A stretch of 35,926 nt of DNA from a virus. Its lineage: Duplodnaviria > Caudoviricetes. The notes under the pieces are model-generated. The model searched no databases. It saw only the letters and a list, made by a program, of their open reading frames with translations, and was not told the DNA's origin. Of the stretch, positions 26,285-34,694 are shown piece by piece. Both the position numbers and the translations under genes were made by a program. Position 1 is the first letter of the stretch, and each line of letters opens with the position of its first letter. The DNA is taken from positions 1-35,926 of the IMG/VR virus record IMGVR_UViG_3300037422_000215, one strand, 5' to 3'.

Positions 26285-27648
26285 CCTGGGGCGAGGTCGG
26301 CGGCCTGTTCGGCGCCGACGGTTTCGGGACCACGTGGGGCGCCGACGGGATCGTCACGACCGAGAGCTGGCCCGACATCCAGATCCTCGTCAACTTCACG
26401 ACCGGTCCGCTCGAGACTCCGACATGGACCGACATTGCGACACTCGTCCACGGCTTCACGATCCAGCGGGGACGGACGAGCGAACTTGCCGAGTTCCCGG
26501 CCAGCACCGCGACGTTCGAGCTCGACAACAGCTACGACGGAGGTTCACGGCCGTTCGACCCCGACGACACCAGCTCGCCGTATGCAGGGAAGTTGACGAC
26601 GAACCGGCGAGTCCGAGTGCAGGCATCCTGGGATGGGTTCAGCTACATCCTCTGGGATGGCTATATCGAGGACTGGCCGGCGCCCGTGCCGACGACGTTC
26701 GACGCCGAGTCGATCCAAGTCACCGCGTCCGACGCGCTCAGCCTGTTCGCAGGTCGTCGACTCACGCCGGCGAAGCCGTTCACGATCGGCGACCCGGTCC
26801 TCGGCAAGCTCGACGACCCGACCGTGTTCATTGCCGGGACCGCGCACTTCGGAGAGCAGCGTTCCGGCGACCGTGTCGGCACGATCCTCGATCTTGTCGG
26901 CTGGCCCTCCGACCGGCGCGACATCGACGAAGGACTCACCCGACTGATCGCCGACAGCCCCGACCCGAAGACCAGCGTCGTCGACTCGTTGAACGGGATC
27001 GCCCGCACCGAGTACGGGCGGCTGCTCGTCACCGCGGACGGCGACATCGCCTACTGGCAGCGCCGCTCGTGGACGACCCGCACGACCCAAGCCGCCACGA
27101 ACCTGACGCTCACCGACAATCCGGCGAACCCAGGCAGCCCGTACACCGATCTCGCGATGCGGCCTGCCGCCCGTGTGAACATCCGCAACCTGGTCGAGCG
27201 TGGCGTCAGGAACGGCCGGACGTTCGTCGCCCGCGACAGCACCAGCTGCGACAGTTACGGCGTCCGCGAAGATTCGCAGACCGACCTGCTCATGCTGGAT
27301 GATCAGGAGGCGCAGGACCAGGCCGAGTACGTCCTCGCCCGTTACAAGGACCCGGTCCGCCAGATCGAACGGCTCACGCTCGAACCGTTCGCCGACCCGG
27401 CTGGGCTCTGGCCGCAGGTCCTCTCCCGCGAGATCGGGGATCGGGTCACCGTCGAGCGGACGCCCCGGCCCGGCGCGACGACCGTCAGCGACGACTACTG
27501 GATCGAAGCGATCGGACATACGGCGACCGCGCGCCGTGCCTGGTCGACGACCTGGCATCTCGCCCGGGTCGATGACGGACAGTTCTTCACGATCGGCGAC
27601 CCGGTCCTCGGCAAGCTCGACGACCCGATGATCGTCCTCGCCTACTAG
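26281..27648 (+). CDS. Tail tip (hub/baseplate-like) protein
   Basis: IQRGR, LDN...FDP, LWDGYI, SGDRV..ILD..GWP, EIGDRVTV, IEAIGH. Confidence 0.75.
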   Translation: MTWGEVGGLFGADGFGTTWGADGIVTTESWPDIQILVNFTTGPLETPTWTDIATLVHGFTIQRGRTSELAEFPASTATFELDNSYDGGSRPFDPDDTSSPYAGKLTTNRRVRVQASWDGFSYILWDGYIEDWPAPVPTTFDAESIQVTASDALSLFAGRRLTPAKPFTIGDPVLGKLDDPTVFIAGTAHFGEQRSGDRVGTILDLVGWPSDRRDIDEGLTRLIADSPDPKTSVVDSLNGIARTEYGRLLVTADGDIAYWQRRSWTTRTTQAATNLTLTDNPANPGSPYTDLAMRPAARVNIRNLVERGVRNGRTFVARDSTSCDSYGVREDSQTDLLMLDDQEAQDQAEYVLARYKDPVRQIERLTLEPFADPAGLWPQVLSREIGDRVTVERTPRPGATTVSDDYWIEAIGHTATARRAWSTTWHLARVDDGQFFTIGDPVLGKLDDPMIVLAY

Positions 27649-27683
27649 CGCCACCACGCCCTCGGATCAGGGAGACGCTTACC

Positions 27684-28154
27684 GTGGCCGATTTCTCGCG
27701 CACGCCAACCGATTTTGTTTCCGGGAGCGTCCCGGCCGCAGCCGCGTTCGACGGGCTCGCCGGAGGTATCAACGCCGCCGAAGATCTCACGTCGTCGGTC
27801 GGTTCGATCACCGGTACCGAAGTGACATTGATCTCACGCGACTTCACGGCGTTGGCGAGCCGGACGATTCTGATCATCGGCGAGACGAACATCGAGAGCA
27901 CCGTCGCCGACGACGTGTTCCGCATCCGGATCAAGGAGGGGTCGACGAACCTCGGTTTCCGGGACGTCAGCCTTCCTGTCGCGAACCGCCACAACGGCGT
28001 GACCGTCCATTCGCTCCAGACCGCGTTCTCTGCCGGCTCACACACGATCACGCTCACCGCCGAACGAGTCGCAGGCACCGGGACCGGCCAAGCGACACTC
28101 TCCGCATCATCGCCGGCGATCCTCGTGATCGTCGACCTCGGCCCGAACAGCTGA
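27684..28154 (+). CDS. Minor tail protein
   Basis: Beta-rich; ends ILVIVDLGP; GGGAG RBS. Confidence 0.65.
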   Translation: MADFSRTPTDFVSGSVPAAAAFDGLAGGINAAEDLTSSVGSITGTEVTLISRDFTALASRTILIIGETNIESTVADDVFRIRIKEGSTNLGFRDVSLPVANRHNGVTVHSLQTAFSAGSHTITLTAERVAGTGTGQATLSASSPAILVIVDLGPNS

Positions 28155-28723
28155 TGGCCGGACAGCACAACTTCACCTGCGATCAGGGCGCGACCTTCTC
28201 CCGGACGCCACGATGGTCGACTCGCGACGAGACGACCGACCCGCAACGCTCGGTGTCGGATCTCGTCACGAACGGCACGACGACGGTCACGTCCGCGACC
28301 GCGAACTTCACCGCGAACGACGTGCAACGCGAGATCGCCGGGACGCACATCCCCTCCGGCGCATATATCGCCTCGTTCACGAACAGCACGACCGTCGTCA
28401 TATCCGCCGCCGCGACCGGCACCGGGACCGGCGGGAACCTCACGATCAAGAGCGACCGGCGCGTCAACCTCACCGGCTATACCGCCCGGCTCCAAGTCCG
28501 CAGGACCAAAACACATCCCGACACGCTCGTCTCGCTGACCGACGCGTCGGGGATCACGCTCGGCGCGGCCGCCGGCACGATCGCGATCCTGATCGCCGCG
28601 GCGACAACTACGACGCTCCCGGCCGGCGTCTGGGTCTACGACCTCGAGCTCATCTCCGGCGCCGGGCTCGTGACGCGGCTGCTGGAAGGCAGGTTCCAGG
28701 TCGTCGGTGAGGTGACCCGATGA
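28154..28723 (+). CDS. Baseplate/fibre attachment-like structural protein
   Basis: DQGATF, NLTGYTARLQVR, VYDLEL, RLLEG...EVTR. Confidence 0.7.
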   Translation: MAGQHNFTCDQGATFSRTPRWSTRDETTDPQRSVSDLVTNGTTTVTSATANFTANDVQREIAGTHIPSGAYIASFTNSTTVVISAAATGTGTGGNLTIKSDRRVNLTGYTARLQVRRTKTHPDTLVSLTDASGITLGAAAGTIAILIAAATTTTLPAGVWVYDLELISGAGLVTRLLEGRFQVVGEVTR

Positions 28724-30381
28724 CCGATGTGGTCCGGGTCGAAGAGACCGAGACCGTCACTGTGGACGGCGAACAGATCACCGTCGTGTCGGTCGGGATA
28801 CAAGGTCCCGCCGGCGCAGGGGGCGGTGGTGGCGGAGCGCCGACCGACGCGACCTATCTCGTCGGCACCGGTCACATTGACCTGTCGGCAGAGATTGTTG
28901 TCGGGGCGACCCCCGGCGGGGAGCTCGGCGGGACGTGGGATTCCCCGACCGTCGATGCCGTCCATTCGGGCAGCAGCCATGCGGCAACCCAAGCCGCCGC
29001 CGAAGCGACCGCCCAAGCCGCGCTCGACGCGCACCTCGCCGACACCACGGACGCGCACGACGCCTCGGCGATCTCGATCCTCGACACCGCCGCCGATTTC
29101 ACCGCGACCGACGTGGAAGGCGCGCTCGCCGAGCTGCAGGCCGACCATGAGGCCGACGAGGCGGCGCTCGCCGCCCACCTCGCCGATACCGTTGACGCCC
29201 ACGACGCCAGCGCGATCAGCTCGGTGCCGGCGGGGACGCTCGCCGCGACCGACGTGCAGACAGCGTTGAATGAGCTCGACACCGAGAAGGCCGCGGCCGC
29301 CGCCGCGGTGATGGACGGCGACGCGGCTGGCGGTGATCTCACCGGCACTTACCCGTCACCGACGATCGCCGCGAACGCGGTCACGTTCGCGAAGATGGCC
29401 GATATCGCGACCGACCGTCTCGTCGGGCGTGATACTGCCGGGACCGGCGACCCCGAGACGTTGACGGTCAGCGGCGGGATCGAGTTCACCGGTACGGGCG
29501 GGATCCAGACCGCGGCGTTCACTGGCGATGTCACGAAAGCCGCGGGTGGGACCGCGCAGACCATCGCGGACGATGCGGTCACCTACGCGAAGATCCAGAA
29601 CGTCACGGCGACCGACCGGATCCTCGGCCGGGATACCGCCGGGGCCGGCAACGTGGAGGAGCTGACCCTCGACGACAGCCTCGAGTTCACCGGCACGGGC
29701 GGTGTGCAACGTGCCGCGTTGACCGGCGACACGACCGCGGCCGCCGGATCGAACGCGACGACCGTCGAGCGGATCCGTGGCAATACCGTCGACGCGGGGA
29801 CGTTCGCCTCAACAGACGTCGACCGTGGCTACGTGTGGGACGGCGATTCGTTCGCCAAAGCTGGGATCAGTCGCCGGCTATTCGTCGACGCAGGGATCGC
29901 CTCCTACAACAACGATGCTGCGGAGAAGAGCTACCTCTCCGCGACATTCGATATCCCCGCAAACAGCCTTCGCGTCGGCGACATCATCGAGATCGAGCAT
30001 GTCGGGACCGTCGTCAACGACACCGGCGCGACGAAAACGATCCGGATCGAGGTCGACCTCGACGCGAACGTCATGTTCGACCTGACCTCCGGAGCGATGA
30101 CGGCCAACGCGTTCGGCCGCTACTACGACTTCCGGTGCCTGCTCGTCGTCGTCACGATCGGCGGCACCGGCACGATCAAGCCGATGTGGGGAGAGCTGCG
30201 GGTCTCGAACGTGCTCGGTATCGGCGACAGCGCGTTCGACACCTATCTCGCTGACGTCGCCGTAGTCACGTGTGATACGACCCAGGCGCTCACCCTCGAT
30301 CTTCGGGGAGCGCTCTCCGCCGCGTCGACGTCGCTGACTGCCGACCCGTCGTACACCATCGTCCGCAAGGATGCCGCGTGA
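28720..30381 (+). CDS. Tail fibre protein with internal repeats
   Basis: AHLADT.DAHDASAIS x2; AVT.AK...TDR..GRDTAG.G..E.L.....EFTGTGG.Q x2; GGDLTGTYPSPT. Confidence 0.75.
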   Translation: MTDVVRVEETETVTVDGEQITVVSVGIQGPAGAGGGGGGAPTDATYLVGTGHIDLSAEIVVGATPGGELGGTWDSPTVDAVHSGSSHAATQAAAEATAQAALDAHLADTTDAHDASAISILDTAADFTATDVEGALAELQADHEADEAALAAHLADTVDAHDASAISSVPAGTLAATDVQTALNELDTEKAAAAAAVMDGDAAGGDLTGTYPSPTIAANAVTFAKMADIATDRLVGRDTAGTGDPETLTVSGGIEFTGTGGIQTAAFTGDVTKAAGGTAQTIADDAVTYAKIQNVTATDRILGRDTAGAGNVEELTLDDSLEFTGTGGVQRAALTGDTTAAAGSNATTVERIRGNTVDAGTFASTDVDRGYVWDGDSFAKAGISRRLFVDAGIASYNNDAAEKSYLSATFDIPANSLRVGDIIEIEHVGTVVNDTGATKTIRIEVDLDANVMFDLTSGAMTANAFGRYYDFRCLLVVVTIGGTGTIKPMWGELRVSNVLGIGDSAFDTYLADVAVVTCDTTQALTLDLRGALSAASTSLTADPSYTIVRKDAA

Positions 30382-30974
30382 TGCCGCTCGTCTGGGATCC
30401 GATCGACGGGCAGATCCACGGCCACCAGCCCGGCACCGACCTGCTCATGCGGGTCTCCGGGGAGATCTTCGGGACGACGACGGACGGCCAGACGTTCGTC
30501 GTCAAGAAGGTCGGCCGCTCGTTCCACCCCGAGGGCCGTGCCGGCGACAGCTCCGGCTACCCGGGGCCGATGCGCGCGCTCGCCGACGGGTTCGTCGCCC
30601 ACGCGCATGACGGCCCGGCCCCGTGGCTCCAGGAGGTGATCTACGACCATCGGATCTGGCGTTCCTACTACAACGACTTCCAGGGCGCGTGGGAGTCGCT
30701 CGAAGCCGACGACCCGCACACGAGCCATGTGCACTGGGCGCTCACCTGGTGGGGCGCGCACAACCTGACCGAGCCGCTGATCCGGGCGATCCTGCTCGGC
30801 GAGGAGGAACCCTTGAAACTCGATGCTGAGGACCGGGCGTGGATCGAGCAGACGATCGAACGCAAGGTCGACGAGCAGCTCGTAAAACGGATCGGGCAGG
30901 TCGCCGCCGGCGCGAAACAGACCGTGCACGAAGCGTGCCGGCAGGCGATCCGACTCACCGACCCGAAGCACTGA
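30378..30974 (+). CDS. Putative endolysin, M15/LAS-type Zn peptidase
   Basis: SFHPEGRAGD (H-x6-D) and PHTSHVH (HxH); EVIYDHRIW; first gene of a membrane-protein cluster. Confidence 0.7.
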   Translation: MMPLVWDPIDGQIHGHQPGTDLLMRVSGEIFGTTTDGQTFVVKKVGRSFHPEGRAGDSSGYPGPMRALADGFVAHAHDGPAPWLQEVIYDHRIWRSYYNDFQGAWESLEADDPHTSHVHWALTWWGAHNLTEPLIRAILLGEEEPLKLDAEDRAWIEQTIERKVDEQLVKRIGQVAAGAKQTVHEACRQAIRLTDPKH

Positions 30975-30984
30975 ACCGAGACCG

Positions 30985-31344
30985 ATGACGTCGCAGCGTC
31001 TCGTCAGCGCGATCTACGCCGGGGGGATGATGACCATCGCGGCTGTCCTCGCACCCCCCTACCTGTGGACGGAGCATGGTGGCGTGCAGCGGGCGGCGTT
31101 CGTGCTGCTCGGGCTCGGGCTCGGCGCGATCGCGTGGTGGTGCACCGCCGCGGTCGCCTGGGCCCGCTGGCTCGTCATCGTCGGGCTGCTCGGGCCGGTC
31201 TCGCGTGCCGCGGCACTCGTCGTCGAGGCAACGAACCTCCAGGCCGGGCAGCGGGCGTCGGGCGTCGTGCTCTATGTCGTCGTCGCGGTCGCGGCCGCGC
31301 ACGTCACCGCGCAGATCTCGGCTGCTCGGAAACACGGACTCTGA
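30985..31344 (+). CDS. Four-TM membrane protein (lysis cluster)
   Basis: Four hydrophobic segments. Confidence 0.65.
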   Translation: MTSQRLVSAIYAGGMMTIAAVLAPPYLWTEHGGVQRAAFVLLGLGLGAIAWWCTAAVAWARWLVIVGLLGPVSRAAALVVEATNLQAGQRASGVVLYVVVAVAAAHVTAQISAARKHGL

Positions 31345-31347
31345 ACG

Positions 31348-31563
31348 ATGAGCTGGGATCAACGCGTCGCGAGCGTGTTTCTCTCCCTCGCGGGCGTGCT
31401 CGCGCTCGGCCGCTGGATCATCCGCAACGACCGGTGGATCACCGCCGAGCTGCGCCTCGAGGTCCGGCAGCTTCGCAAGGACCTCGAAGACGAACGCGCC
31501 CGCTGCGACAAGCTGCAACAGCGGCTCGACCGTCTCGAACGGAAGGTCAACGGCGATGCGTGA
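31348..31563 (+). CDS. TM plus coiled-coil protein
   Basis: N-terminal TM, then heptad-like LRLEVRQLRKDLEDE... Confidence 0.65.
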   Translation: MSWDQRVASVFLSLAGVLALGRWIIRNDRWITAELRLEVRQLRKDLEDERARCDKLQQRLDRLERKVNGDA

Positions 31564-31639
31564 ACTGCTCATCGGGACGCTCGTGATCGTCGTCGCGACG
31601 CTGCTCGTCTTCGTTGCGATCGCGGTCGCGACGAGCTAG
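31556..31639 (+). CDS. 27-aa hydrophobic peptide
   Basis: MRELLIGTLVIVVATLLVFVAIAVATS*. Confidence 0.45.
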   Translation: MRELLIGTLVIVVATLLVFVAIAVATS

Positions 31640-31649
31640 GAGGGAAACG

Positions 31650-31859
31650 ATGAACCCACGTCTGCGACGCGTGCTGCTGTCCGCGGCCCGCGTCTACGCC
31701 TACAGCGTGCTCGGCGCGTTGATCGCCTCGGGGATCTTCGACGAGCCCGCGGTCGACGATGCCGGCGTCGCCTTGAAGCTCGCCTACGCCGGGATCCCCG
31801 CCGCGCTCTCTGTCCTCGTCAACGCGCTCGAGCCCGACACGAGCCCCGTCAAGCCCTGA
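31650..31859 (+). CDS. Putative holin (two TM)
   Basis: GGAGG RBS; SAARVY...LGALIA...AGIPAALSVLVNALE. Confidence 0.6.
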   Translation: MNPRLRRVLLSAARVYAYSVLGALIASGIFDEPAVDDAGVALKLAYAGIPAALSVLVNALEPDTSPVKP

Positions 31860-31863
31860 GCCG

Positions 31864-32046
31864 ATGCACTTCTTCCTCGACGAACGCGGCCGGCTGTTCC
31901 GTCATGTGCCCGAGCTCGGCGCCTGGGCGCGGGTCCCGGGCCGATACGAGTTCCGCGATCCTGAGACCGACGGCCGTGAGCCGGCGGATGGGGATGTCGA
32001 GGATGTGCTGCTCGGCTGTGAGCGGCTCCTGCGGAGCGTCGGATGA
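31864..32046 (+). CDS. Hypothetical protein
   Basis: ORF track; ATGA overlap downstream. Confidence 0.45.
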   Translation: MHFFLDERGRLFRHVPELGAWARVPGRYEFRDPETDGREPADGDVEDVLLGCERLLRSVG

Positions 32047-32171
32047 CCCGCCGGACACGGCGGCTCGCGGTCGCCGCGGCCACCGTGGGCGGCGCAGTCT
32101 GCGCGATCATCGGCTACCTGACCGGCCAGCTCTATGAGCGGCTCACCCGCCACGACACCTGGCGCCCGTGA
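32043..32171 (+). CDS. Small membrane peptide (42 aa)
   Basis: MTRRTRRLAVAAATVGGAVCAIIGYLTG...; overlaps at both ends. Confidence 0.45.
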   Translation: MTRRTRRLAVAAATVGGAVCAIIGYLTGQLYERLTRHDTWRP

Positions 32172-33340
32172 TGGCCAGCTCGATCACCGCGAACGTCCTC
32201 GCCCAGAACCTGATCACCGACGGCGAAGACCAGTACTGCGTGCTGATCACGGACGCCGGCCGGGTCCGCGTCGGCTGGCGCCAGCTCCCTGACGGTGTGT
32301 GGCGGTTCAACACGATCGGCTCGACGATGCTCGGCCAGCCGGTCGCCGACGACGAGCATTGCTACCCGACGATCGGCATCGACGACGACGGGTTCCTCTT
32401 CGTGCTCGCGAACATGCACGTCGGGCCGCTCCGCATGGTCCGCTCGAAACTTCCGCGCCGGACCGACGCCGGCTGGAAGGCCGTGAGCCTGCCCGCCGCG
32501 TTCTCGCGCAACACGTACCCGCTTCTCGCGCGGCTCGCCGACGGCACCTTGTGGCTGCACCTACGCGCGGGGGAGAAGGGCGGGCCGGGCCGGTCCGACA
32601 GTTACGTCTGGCTCCGCCGCGACGGGCAGTGGTCGGGGCCGACGAAGCTGTTCAAGGGCGTGAACGTCGCGGGCGGGAGCGGCCCGGAGATCGACGACAG
32701 CACGAACTACAGCGCCTACCCGATGCGCCCGCACGTCGACAATTACGGGACGACGATGCACCTCGCCTGGTGCTGGCGCACCTGGGGCGACGACGCGTCG
32801 ATGCGGACCGGCGACGCGTCACGCTCGAACTTCGGCCTCTCCTACGCGCGCAGCCACAACGGCCTCAGCTGGTACACGATCGACGGCACGCCGCTCAAGC
32901 TGCCGATCGACCCGATCCACGACACCGCGTCCCAGACGCTCGAGCTGCCGTCGTTCGTGAACGGCGGCGGCATCACCGTCGGCGATGACGACGACGTGCA
33001 TCTCGTCGTCTCGCGTGCGCCGTACTGGCATGTCTGGCACGACAACGGCTGGCGCACCGAACAGCTCCCCGACCCGGCCGGCCCGGTGAATTGGACCGGG
33101 TTCCTCACCCCCCACTGGTACGACGGCAAACTCTGGCTGCTCGGCACCGAAGGCGCAGAACGCCGCCTCGTCCTCGCCCGACCCGACGGCAGCGACGTGA
33201 CCGAGCTCGGCCGGCCCGGGCAGGACTGGTCGACGCACGCCGACCCCGAACAGGCCCGCCGCGGCCGGATCGAGGTCCTGCTCCCCGACGGCGACCTCCC
33301 CGCCACCGTCGCCGCACCCACGACCGCGTCAATCGCATGA
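32168..33340 (+). CDS. BNR-4 repeat beta-propeller protein
   Basis: DEHCYPTIGIDDDGFLFVLANMH, TYP, SAYP, HLAWCWR, LSYARSHNGLSW (Asp-box-like). Confidence 0.8.
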   Translation: MMASSITANVLAQNLITDGEDQYCVLITDAGRVRVGWRQLPDGVWRFNTIGSTMLGQPVADDEHCYPTIGIDDDGFLFVLANMHVGPLRMVRSKLPRRTDAGWKAVSLPAAFSRNTYPLLARLADGTLWLHLRAGEKGGPGRSDSYVWLRRDGQWSGPTKLFKGVNVAGGSGPEIDDSTNYSAYPMRPHVDNYGTTMHLAWCWRTWGDDASMRTGDASRSNFGLSYARSHNGLSWYTIDGTPLKLPIDPIHDTASQTLELPSFVNGGGITVGDDDDVHLVVSRAPYWHVWHDNGWRTEQLPDPAGPVNWTGFLTPHWYDGKLWLLGTEGAERRLVLARPDGSDVTELGRPGQDWSTHADPEQARRGRIEVLLPDGDLPATVAAPTTASIA

Positions 33341-33348
33341 CCTGAAGG

Positions 33349-33473
33349 TCCCCGGCCGTGAGCCCCTGCTCACCGCCGGGATAGCGCGCCCCGCCCGATC
33401 TTCTCGCCGCCGGACACGGCCGCGCCCCGGGCGGGGCGCGCACACCTGCTCCGCACCGTGCAGCAAACGGTGC
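33349..33473 (+). terminator. Three consecutive GC-rich hairpins (terminator or structured leader)
   Basis: CCCGGC.GTGAGC/GCTCAC.GCCGGG; GCGCGCCCCGCCCG/CGGGCGGGGCGCGC; GCACCGT/ACGGTGC; no U-tract. Confidence 0.5.
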
Positions 33474-33503
33474 CGTCCCATCCCCGACCAGGAGTTGTGA
33501 CCC

Positions 33504-34118
33504 TTGCCTCGTCGCGCACTCACCACCCTCATCCTCACGATCCTGATCGCAGCATGCGCCGGCCGCCCCTCGGGGCGGCCTTCGTCGTTCACGACCGATG
33601 CCCGCGAGTTGTCTGCCGATCTGTCCGGCCTCGCCGATATGAAAGCCCAGGTCACGACAACACGAGTACACGCGCGGCAACTCGTATTGTCACGCGTGTT
33701 GTCCACAGATTTGTCCCACGCTGAGGTCGTGCTCTGCTCGCCCGCGTGCGCACGGTGGGTCGTCGCGACGATCCAGCTTGCCGCCTGGCGTGCGGCGCTC
33801 GCGGACGGCCCGCCCGAAGGCTGCCCCAACCCGGAGTGTTACCGGGGCGGTATCCGCTCGAGACGGCCGTGCGCGATCCCCGACTACATCTGCGAACGCG
33901 AGTCGAACAACTGGATCGACATCGGCAACCCCGGCTCCTCCGCGGCGGGGAAGTACCAGTTTGTGATCGGGACATGGGAGTGGGCGTCGGAGAGCGCGGG
34001 CTACCCGGAGTGGTCGGGAGACAGCGCGGGTTACGCGCCTGAGTATGTGCAGGACGCCGCCGCGGGATGGCTCTGGGCGGACGGCGCGGGCGCCGGTCAC
34101 TGGTCCGAGACACTCTGA
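33504..34118 (+). CDS. Secreted or lipoprotein Rpf-like lytic transglycosylase
   Basis: Signal peptide ending IAAC; ICERES, SSAAGKYQF..GTW, AP..VQD..A..L...G.GHW; AGGAG RBS. Confidence 0.82.
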   Translation: MPRRALTTLILTILIAACAGRPSGRPSSFTTDARELSADLSGLADMKAQVTTTRVHARQLVLSRVLSTDLSHAEVVLCSPACARWVVATIQLAAWRAALADGPPEGCPNPECYRGGIRSRRPCAIPDYICERESNNWIDIGNPGSSAAGKYQFVIGTWEWASESAGYPEWSGDSAGYAPEYVQDAAAGWLWADGAGAGHWSETL

Positions 34119-34127
34119 AACACACCC

Positions 34128-34156
34128 TTGACTCGCCCACCGGATGACTCTATGAT
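34128..34156 (+). promoter_or_regulatory. SigmaA/sigma70-type promoter, probably giving a leaderless transcript
   Basis: TTGACT-17 bp-TATGAT; ATG at 34165 follows the -10 box after 8 nt with no RBS. Confidence 0.8.
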
Positions 34157-34164
34157 CCTCGGGT

Positions 34165-34368
34165 ATGGCGAGACCCTCGACACTTGGCCTCAACGACCGT
34201 GCCTCACAAGGCGCGCTCATCCCGCTCCTTCTCGAGCTTGCCGATGAAGGCATGCCCGCCTACCGGATCGCGGCGGAGATCTTCGGCCGGTTACAGGTGA
34301 TCGCGACGCCGACGACGGTCCGGAACTGGATCCGCGAGCTCGACCAACAGAGAGAGGTGCCGCGATGA
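34165..34368 (+). CDS. Small HTH regulator, first gene of the early operon
   Basis: GMPAYRIAAEI...ATPTTVRNWIREL. Confidence 0.7.
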   Translation: MARPSTLGLNDRASQGALIPLLLELADEGMPAYRIAAEIFGRLQVIATPTTVRNWIRELDQQREVPR

Positions 34369-34694
34369 CGTGTCCTGAGGGGACTGTGTGGGACCCGGAG
34401 CCTGCCCCGTGGGGGACGTGCGAACCGGCCGAGACGACCACGACAACCACGGCTGTGGAGACGACTACCACGATCGTCGTGACGACGACCGTCGCCCCGT
34501 CCACGACGACCGGGCCAGCCTCGACGACTTCCGGGGTTCCGGCCACGACCGCCGCCCCCACCGGCACGACGGTCGGGACCCCGGCCGAACTCCCCGAGAC
34601 AGGTGGCGGGCCGTTCGTCGCGTCGGTCGGGCTCGGGCTGATCGGTAGCGCTGCGCTGCTCCTCGCCGCCGCACGACGTAGGGCCACCCGATGA
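34365..34694 (+). CDS. Thr-rich protein with an LPXTG-type sorting signal
   Basis: LPETG, hydrophobic helix, RRRATR tail. Confidence 0.78.
   Translation: MTCPEGTVWDPEPAPWGTCEPAETTTTTTAVETTTTIVVTTTVAPSTTTGPASTTSGVPATTAAPTGTTVGTPAELPETGGGPFVASVGLGLIGSAALLLAAARRRATR

Noticed and set aside
33341-33503. c-di-AMP (ydaO) riboswitch or tRNA
   Set aside because: Consensus motifs and cloverleaf/T-loop not recognisable by eye
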